Shown here piece by piece: positions 56,701 through 64,000 of a stretch of 64,000 nt of DNA (position 1 is the first letter of the stretch; every line of letters begins with the position of its first letter). Made by a program: the position numbers and the translations under genes. The DNA comes from Magallana gigas (taxonomy: Eukaryota), in assembly GCF_963853765.1 (NCBI RefSeq), contig NC_088859.1, positions 50,778,001 through 50,842,000 of the forward strand. The letters are read 5' to 3'. Below the pieces are notes generated by a model. It had not been told where the DNA came from and did no database searches. It worked only from the letters and a program-made list of their open reading frames with translations.

Positions 56701-59638
56701 ACGAAGTTTTCTACAAGTTATACAAATGACTTTGAGGCTGATATGATAGCTCAGCTTTACAAATACCTAATATTGCAAGGATATTCTAACGCTGATATTA
56801 CCATTTTATCTGCATATAATGATCAAGTTAAAAAAATCAGAAGGAACGTGGCTGAAATTTCACAAGGAATTCGAGTAAGTGAAGAAAGGTTGCAGCAGAG
56901 GGTTCAAATCACAACAGTTGACAATTTTCAAGGGGAAGAAAACAGAATTATTTTGCAATCGCTTGTTCGAAGCAATAAGAAGTGCATATTAGGTCATCTT
57001 TCCGATTCTTTGAGAATTTGCGTTTCATTGTCAAGAGCGAAAGAGGGAATGTATCTAATTGGAAATTTTGAAATGCTTAATAATGGTAGCGATGGTTTAT
57101 GGAAGAAAATGATCAAAAAAGCAAACGAAAGTGGAATGTTTGGGGAAAGCTTGTTGCTAGTATGTCAAAATCATTCAGAAACGATCACCGAAGTGTCTAC
57201 TCCTCAAGATTTTGAGAAAGTTCCAGACGGCGGGTGTATTGAGCCATGTGCAACCAAACTGCAGTGTGGGCACGACTGTGACAGACGATGTCACGGCGAT
57301 GAATCGATTCACAACCTTCCATGTCAAAGGCCATGCTTGAAGATCTGTGATAGTGGACATCTTTGTCCAAAAAAATGTTACAAAGAATGCGATGATTGTA
57401 TGACAAAAGTGATGAAAAAGCATCGGACTTGTGAACATGCAGTAGAAATACCTTGTTGTAGAGATCCTTCATTAACGTCATGCCGCTTTGATTGTGCCAG
57501 AGAACTCCAGTGCGGACATCCTTGTACCTTGCTATGTGACCAAAGTTGTGATGATTGCATTTGCAAAGTTTTGATAAACATTGTTCCCACACAATGTCAT
57601 CACAAAACAAAAATTGAATGTTACAAAAAGGATAGATATATCTGTCAGAAAAAATGTACAGAAATTCTTCCATGTGGCCATCGCTGCAAAGGAGATTGCC
57701 ATCAATGCTCAAATGGAAGATTGCACATTCCTTGTAAGGAAATGTGTGAAAAAACACTAGTTTGTGGACATCGTTGCAGAGATTTTTGCTGGAATCCATG
57801 CCCTCCATGTACGGAAAACTGCGACAGGGGTTGTATTCATAAAATAAATAGATTTGATCATTTATGTAAAAACGTGTGCGAGTCATGTGAAGAAATGTGT
57901 GACTGGAAGTGTTATGATGAATGCGAAAATAGATTTGCTTGTTCTGCAAAATGTTTCGAGGACTGTAGGAGACCCCCTTGTGAAAAAAGATGCAAAAAGT
58001 CGTTGGAATGTAGCCCCAATCATAGGTGTATTGGGTTGTGTGGTGAAAACTGTCCTAAAAAGTGCAAAAGATGTGACAGAAATGAATTAAGCAATTGTGT
58101 CGAATCAAAAAACATTGACAATTCTCTATTTATAGAACTCATAAAATGTGGACATGTATTTGAGGTTGAGACAATGGACACTCATATGAATCTGCACTCA
58201 AAAGACGATTCCTGTAGAGACAAACAGGTTGCATTAAAAAAATGCCCACGATGTTCGACGCCTATAAAAAGAAGTGGGCGATACAAAGTTGTTATTAATC
58301 AAGCATATCGGGATCTAATGAATGTAAATCGAAAATGTGAAGAAATGACAAATAATCTATTTTCTTACGAACATCTTTCTTTAAATGCACAAAACAAGGT
58401 ACAACGTCCCATTCATTTAGACGTTAATGCAGGTCCATTGGCCGCTGAACAATGGCGTAACAAACATGTCAAAACTGTCCTCCAAACTTTTTACAAGAAA
58501 GGAAACCCTCGAAAAAAAGAACTTCTTATTATCAGTGACCGTTCCTTTCTTCTGGAAATTGAAAATTCCTTTGATGTTCTATCGAAATGGATTTTACATC
58601 ATTCTGATATATGTTTTACTCAAAAGGAACTCGAACAATTGACTGATGAGTTGGAAAGGCTTTTGATGTATGCTGACTTGATATTACTGAAATTCAAAGA
58701 AAAAAGTATCTTATCTCAAAGTGAACTTGACATAATAGAGTCTAACTTATCAAAACTCCGATGTCCAGATGTCACTACCTTCAATCGTGGCGATATTGTG
58801 TCAGCTCAGTCAGTAGTTGATGAGATAAGAAGAATGCATGGTATTTCGTGTCAGTGGATGCTTGAAGAAGACAGAAGAATGTCATTCAAAGATGTGGTTT
58901 GTGGAAAACACGGAAACTGGTACAAATGTACCAAAGGTGAGTTTGTAATAAAATTCCATTCCGTCAATTTATTTTTGATAAATAGACTAGTACATTTTTT
59001 CATATATGATACATAGAGATACATATTATATAACAGCGAAGAATAATTGATATGTTAGAGAAAAGATATGAAATTTTATTTTATAACATGTACTCTCCTC
59101 TTGTTTAAACTGGAGAAAATGACAAGACTAGAATGTCTAACCTAGATTTGTAATTAAGCAATTCTTTTATCCACTCAAAGTTCTTGAACACTCGCATAGT
59201 TTTTAACATTATCATTCGTATAAAATGCTAAATTCCTTTGGGCTTTTGTTTGCCCTGCGTTTTAACCAGAGGCAATAGTAAAGGCGGTTCAAAACAGAAT
59301 CCGTGATTTTTTTTTCTAATGAATTTGTGTATTTTAAACACAAAAATAATCAGGAAACCGAAATACAACTATGTTGAATTAATTAAGCAAACAGTGATGG
59401 AAACAGAAACAGCTTATATAAAGTCCTATGACAAAAATGAATATAGCTTCTTTTAATTAGTAATAAAAAGTAGTTAGTGTGTTAAATTTGGCAACAGAAA
59501 ACTATTAAATTCGAAATCAATCCAGCAGGTCATATCTACTTGAGTGAAGTAGCCGGTACAGTTGACGATCCAAGATGCCCTGACTGCCTATCATCTGAAG
59601 GCGACTCTCCTTCCGAGGAAGAAATGGAGGTGGCCTAA
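53731..59638 (+). CDS. ZNFX1: ZNFX1 copy 3, ~1771 aa, degenerate RZ finger
   Basis: Exons 53731-58936 and 59529-59638. All helicase motifs present. C-terminus GNWYKCTKGHIYLSEVAGTVDDPRCPDCLSSEGDSPSEEEMEVA*. Confidence 0.93.
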
Positions 59639-60947
59639 GGCGCGACACGGCTAGATAGATGAAATTTACAATCAATATGAAATGTATCATAATTTTTTTT
59701 CAATAGTTGTAGCGTAGAAGTTGTTTGTTCATTAAAACGATAAATTATAAATAAATTACTGAGCATTTCATGTTTACTTATAGACCTGAAAGTAAACAAG
59801 ATACATGTATTAAATGTGTACGAGATGATGATTGTGCAATTTGTAGATATGAATCGAAAAATGCATTCAATATGTATTCATTGCTTGTGAAATTTACTTT
59901 ATTAGAAAGGTTTAGTTAAAAAAAATACAATGCATTCAAGTTTTGTCAAGTAATATTATTGCGCGTGTAGAAAATCGAGATTTGTTGTGGTGTATTATTA
60001 TGTCATGTGTGGACTGTTTCCTTTTAGCATTTTAAACTTTGTAGCTCATTTCATTTATTTTTTAAATCCTTTTTTCATATTTTGTAAGACTTTTGTGAAT
60101 TTGCATCTCTCAAAGAAAAATGGTACAGAGATGCATCGGTCAGTACATCGTGTGTTTACTGTACTCGTCTGAATCAAATCGTGTCTAATTGCTCATTTTG
60201 ATAGTAAGGTGATAATTCTTAGCTGAAACTTGTGTGGAAGTATCCTCATGTAGGGACTGGGTAGATTTAAGTTTATTTTTATTTTCAAGCTAAAATGTCA
60301 CCAGAGGCATGTCAAAATGTCGAACCAAACGTTCAAGTGGCAAATTCATGATTTGTGGCCCTGAAAAGTGTGTTTCTGTGCATTGCTTTAAACACTGTAA
60401 AAAAATATCAAACACGCATTTTACATAGAACATATATAAATATAAATAAATGAAACTTGGACTTTATTATTTTTCTTACAAGTGTTGCTCTGATGTCGTC
60501 ATCAGATAAAAGTTTTCAGTGATACTATCTTACAGAGGGGAAAGTAAACAAAAAGACAGATGTGATTATATGATTTTTGTTAGTTTTATTAGATTTAAAT
60601 GAATAGAGAAATAAACAGAGTGTTATAGCAAATATGTGTTTAAATATTTATTCATTAAAAGCTCATTAAAAGTTACCCATAATTGGTTTGACAGCTATGC
60701 AATATAAACTGGTCGTTTGCATGTCGCCTGCTGCTTCATTGCAATAAGAATTGTGAAAGAATTTCATACACTGTACTAGTAGATGCTCAACATTATTATT
60801 GAAGAAGTATTAACTTCTCATTAACCAGCCCCTAAGAACACAAGCTTAGGTCTGCGAGACCCAACGTACAGGCAATATCTCCTTGCATCTTGAATTCATT
60901 TTCTGACAATGCGGTGGACATTTTAATACCCACATCGAATAGATGCA

Positions 60948-61199
60948 CAGACATGTAGCATAGGGGGGTGGGGGTGGGGGTGTTAACATTGTGTTAAATT
61001 GGCCCCCATGCAGGTTATAGGTACGCTATGCTCTGCCAAGATACCCCTCCCACCCCCATGGATTGTGATTTTTGTGATTTGAGAAATGCATTATTTTATT
61101 CCTTTTAATATTTTTTCTTTTTTGCTTTTTTGGATGAGTTTGCACCCCCCCCCCCCCACCCCCCCGCCACACACTTTCTAAAACGATGCTACGAACCTG
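60948..61199. mobile_element. Poly-G/poly-C MITE related to 16134-18431
   Basis: CAGACATGTAGCAT ... ATGCTACGAACCTG ends; shares the CTCATCCAAAAAA segment in the opposite orientation; CA flanks both sides. Confidence 0.7.
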
Positions 61200-61607
61200 C
61201 ATGGAGAGCAGGCTCATACTCGTAAGCATTTTAACTTTACTTATGTACCTATATTGACACATAAATAGAGGGGTACCACTCACTATAGATTTCATAAGAA
61301 CAGATTCGATCAGTATACGCTCAATTTTAGCTTGAAGCAAACAGCTCCAGATCAATAAAGCAGATCGAAGTTGTAAAGAAAACAATTAGGTAAGAGAAAA
61401 TTTACACACTAATTCACCTATTATAATACGGTAGCATCTAAAAATTATTGGTTGTCATTTTACGTGAAATTGCTATAAAAAGATACCAAACAGTAACTGT
61501 TATAAATGCGAGCAGCCATGCACCGCATATTCATCGTTTTCTTGTGATGCGTTCGCAAAACCCCGCCTCGTAATGACGACTATTGGCGTATTGAATATAT
61601 AAATGGA

Positions 61608-63490
61608 ATGTTCAGTTTATTTCAAAGAATCAAGTTAAAATGGCTCCAATATCGATACAGATTTGTTCCTTGGATCGCTCTCAACTTGAATCAAAGGTTG
61701 GTCTAGGCCTATACCATATCCTATGACAAATGTAAGGAAAACCTTGAAATATAGTAAACCGAATTACCTCTGAAGCATATCGTAACGGCCTGTATTTATT
61801 TATTTATTTGGCGTTGCCGATAACTTAAAGCGACATTAAAAACATATCTTGTTTATGTGTGAATTTTGATGGTAACTGATCATAATCAATTTGTATGGAT
61901 TCAGTTTTGCACTGCAACACTCCTTAATTATATACTATGGATTTTATTTAATGTCTTTATAATATAGGTCAGCGAGAACTGTGGATCAAGGTCATAGTGA
62001 CAAACTAATTGCTGATCATGTGGTACTGCATTCTATTCTGGGTCTGTTTTCTGGATTCCATCAGTTTTACCAGCCTGAACAGAAGATATGTCTGGAGACT
62101 GCATATAAAGCACTGGCCAGTAGAGACCCTGCCAAGATAGCCAGACTGAACTCTCAGGCCACAGGGGCTCTACTGGGATTTACAGTAGAGAGGGGGCCCA
62201 GTACACTACCCCAGGGAGGGACAGGGGTGTTTGTGACCAGTGGATGTGTCCCCAAGGGATCAGTGGTGGCATTCTACCCAGGTACCATTATGAAACATTC
62301 ATCCTAATTCATTCTCTGAAGGACCGTTTTGGATTTTACAGTACTGTTCTATTATGTTAAGTAGTATACATGCACTTGTACAATGGATCATGTAAAGTCC
62401 CCAACTGTTAAATTTATTGCACATTTTTTGCTCTGCATTTTCTACCAGTTTCTTTTAATACAACATGTAATTTTACTTTGTTTACATAAGAAAATTCTCT
62501 GACAACTCTTCTGTAGTCAACACTACATTGTTCCAGGCACTGTTTACTATCCACATGAGGCCATTTTCTTCCAAAGCATTGGGAACTCGTTCATCTTCAG
62601 ATGCATTGACAGTGTGTTGATAGACGGCAATGACAGAGGCCTCTCTAAGATGATTTTCAAGTAAACCAGAATCACTTAGTTCAATACCAAACTTTCTGGT
62701 ACATTGATATGTCAACTATAACTTGTACATTGTACATACAATGATGTTTTTTTTTAGTTCATGTTCCCAGAGAGATAGACAAGGCCCATTCAATGTCTGT
62801 GATTCATCATGGCTGACCGCTTGTTTACAAAACCCACTAGCAATAGGACAGTATGTCAACAACCAGAGTAAAGGTCCTATTAACAGATCATTTTTTAAAT
62901 TTTGATTCTTTTGCTGTGAAACTTTTACATATGATAACAAAATCTGCAATGATTATAAACCTACTATCATAAATTAAGTAATGTTTAATATATAAAAGTT
63001 AGAACAGAAAATCATATTGCAATTATGATTTTTTTATAAGCCTTTAAGCTCGTTTGAACTGAGGGTTCAAGATAACTTCTCTGGTCACCTGTTGTCCATT
63101 ATCCATTCTTTAGTCTATCTGTATGTTTATAAACCTTTAGCCTTAAACCTTAAGAAATTTAGAAAGGAAAACAAATTCCAGAATATTGCTACTTGTGTGA
63201 GCAATATGGCCGATTAGCCTATTGAAAAATTGTTTCAATTAAATTACAATTCACTTAATTGTTGAATCTGTATGTATTAGTATGGTATTTCCTGTGTGTG
63301 ACAGTTTTACATGCTACAGTCAGTAAGTGGTCACCGTGGATAGTAAACATGTTAGTTGTTTTGTTACAGAGTTCCCGGCTAATGTGGCTTACCAGGAATT
63401 CAGTGTGCCTATGGATTTTCCTTTCCATCTGAGACAGTTTCTGCCCAATGTCTTCTACTCCCCACACTCGGCGGAAGATTTAACACAAAG
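61608..63490 (+). CDS. SETD9: SET domain-containing protein 9, 3' end not found in window
   Basis: Exons 61608-61696, 61968-62281, 62537-62660, 62758-62873, 63370-63490. WLQYRYRFVPWIALNL, GVFVTSGCVPKGSVVAFYPGTVY, FFQSIGNSFIFRC..SVLIDGND, NPLAIGQYVNN, ANVAYQEF..P..FP..LRQFLPN match SETD9 as recalled. Confidence 0.92.
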
Positions 63491-63839
63491 GTCTGTTGAA
63501 AATGAGTTTGTAAGTCCATAGTACAGGCTCAGTACACAAAGAAAGGTCCCATGTCTTATAATATAGTTACCATATTCTGTATTAGCAGACATGCCATATC
63601 ATTTGATTTAAATGAAGGAATTCATTGATTAGATTTAAAACTTGTAAATCATTTAATAGGATAAACTTAAAAAATTATTTTCAGATGCACATTTTTGTAG
63701 TGAATACATACAGGTATTTAATTCCATCAAGTATATGTACCGGTAGTATCATCTCATCTTGTCTTTGTGATTGCTTACAACTTGACATACCATAAGATTA
63801 CAAAAAGATAGAACTAGAACATTGACATATTGTTTATTG

Positions 63840-64000
63840 ACTACTATGACACTGGCTGGTATTAATGACTACAGTATGTGACATTGACTAGTACTTTGAG
63901 CCTGACTAATACATTGACATTGACTTGTACATTGACATTAACCATCAACACTGCCTTGTAATTTGACTCTGACTAGTACATTTACATTGATTTGTACATT
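63840..64000. repeat. Degenerate TGACATTGACTAGTAC-type tandem repeat in a SETD9 intron
   Basis: Recurring ACATTGAC/GACTAGTAC motifs running to the window edge. Confidence 0.7.

Noticed and set aside
32969-58642. Many antisense and alternate-frame ORFs over the ZNFX1 genes (for example 33263-33964, 37974-38513, 57197-57949)
   Set aside because: Shadow ORFs expected from long coding exons; no motifs.
32827-59016. ORF-track end points for ZNFX1 (32827, 50007, 59016) as true C-termini
   Set aside because: Each runs through a GT donor into an intron; spliced downstream exons complete the RZ finger.

Overview
AT-rich, intron-containing animal genomic DNA. The gene content and repeat types point to a bivalve, probably an oyster (inference). 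In order, the window holds: three ependymin-related genes (two on -, one on +) sharing intron phases; a ~1.9 kb element with ~450-bp terminal inverted repeats (TIRs), CAC...GTG ends, a 5-bp target-site duplication (TSD) and a frameshifted C2H2 zinc-finger cargo; a kyphoscoliosis-peptidase/hillarin-like transglutaminase-fold gene lacking its catalytic Cys; an intronless class A GPCR; an 11-exon class III alcohol dehydrogenase (ADH5); three ZNFX1 (UPF1-like helicase, NFX1 zinc fingers, RZ finger) paralogues; and the 5' part of SETD9. MITEs, Helentron-like HINE elements and minisatellites fill the gaps. The strongest lead is the ZNFX1 cluster. One copy keeps the RZ-finger GDCG cysteine, and two copies have lost it while keeping the helicase motifs and four candidate zinc ligands. 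The intact copy and one Cys-less copy lie head-to-head around two ISRE-like motifs, suggesting a co-induced active/pseudo-ligase antiviral pair. All exon models were built by hand from GT-AG sites and reading frames. Family assignments come from recalled motifs, not database searches.
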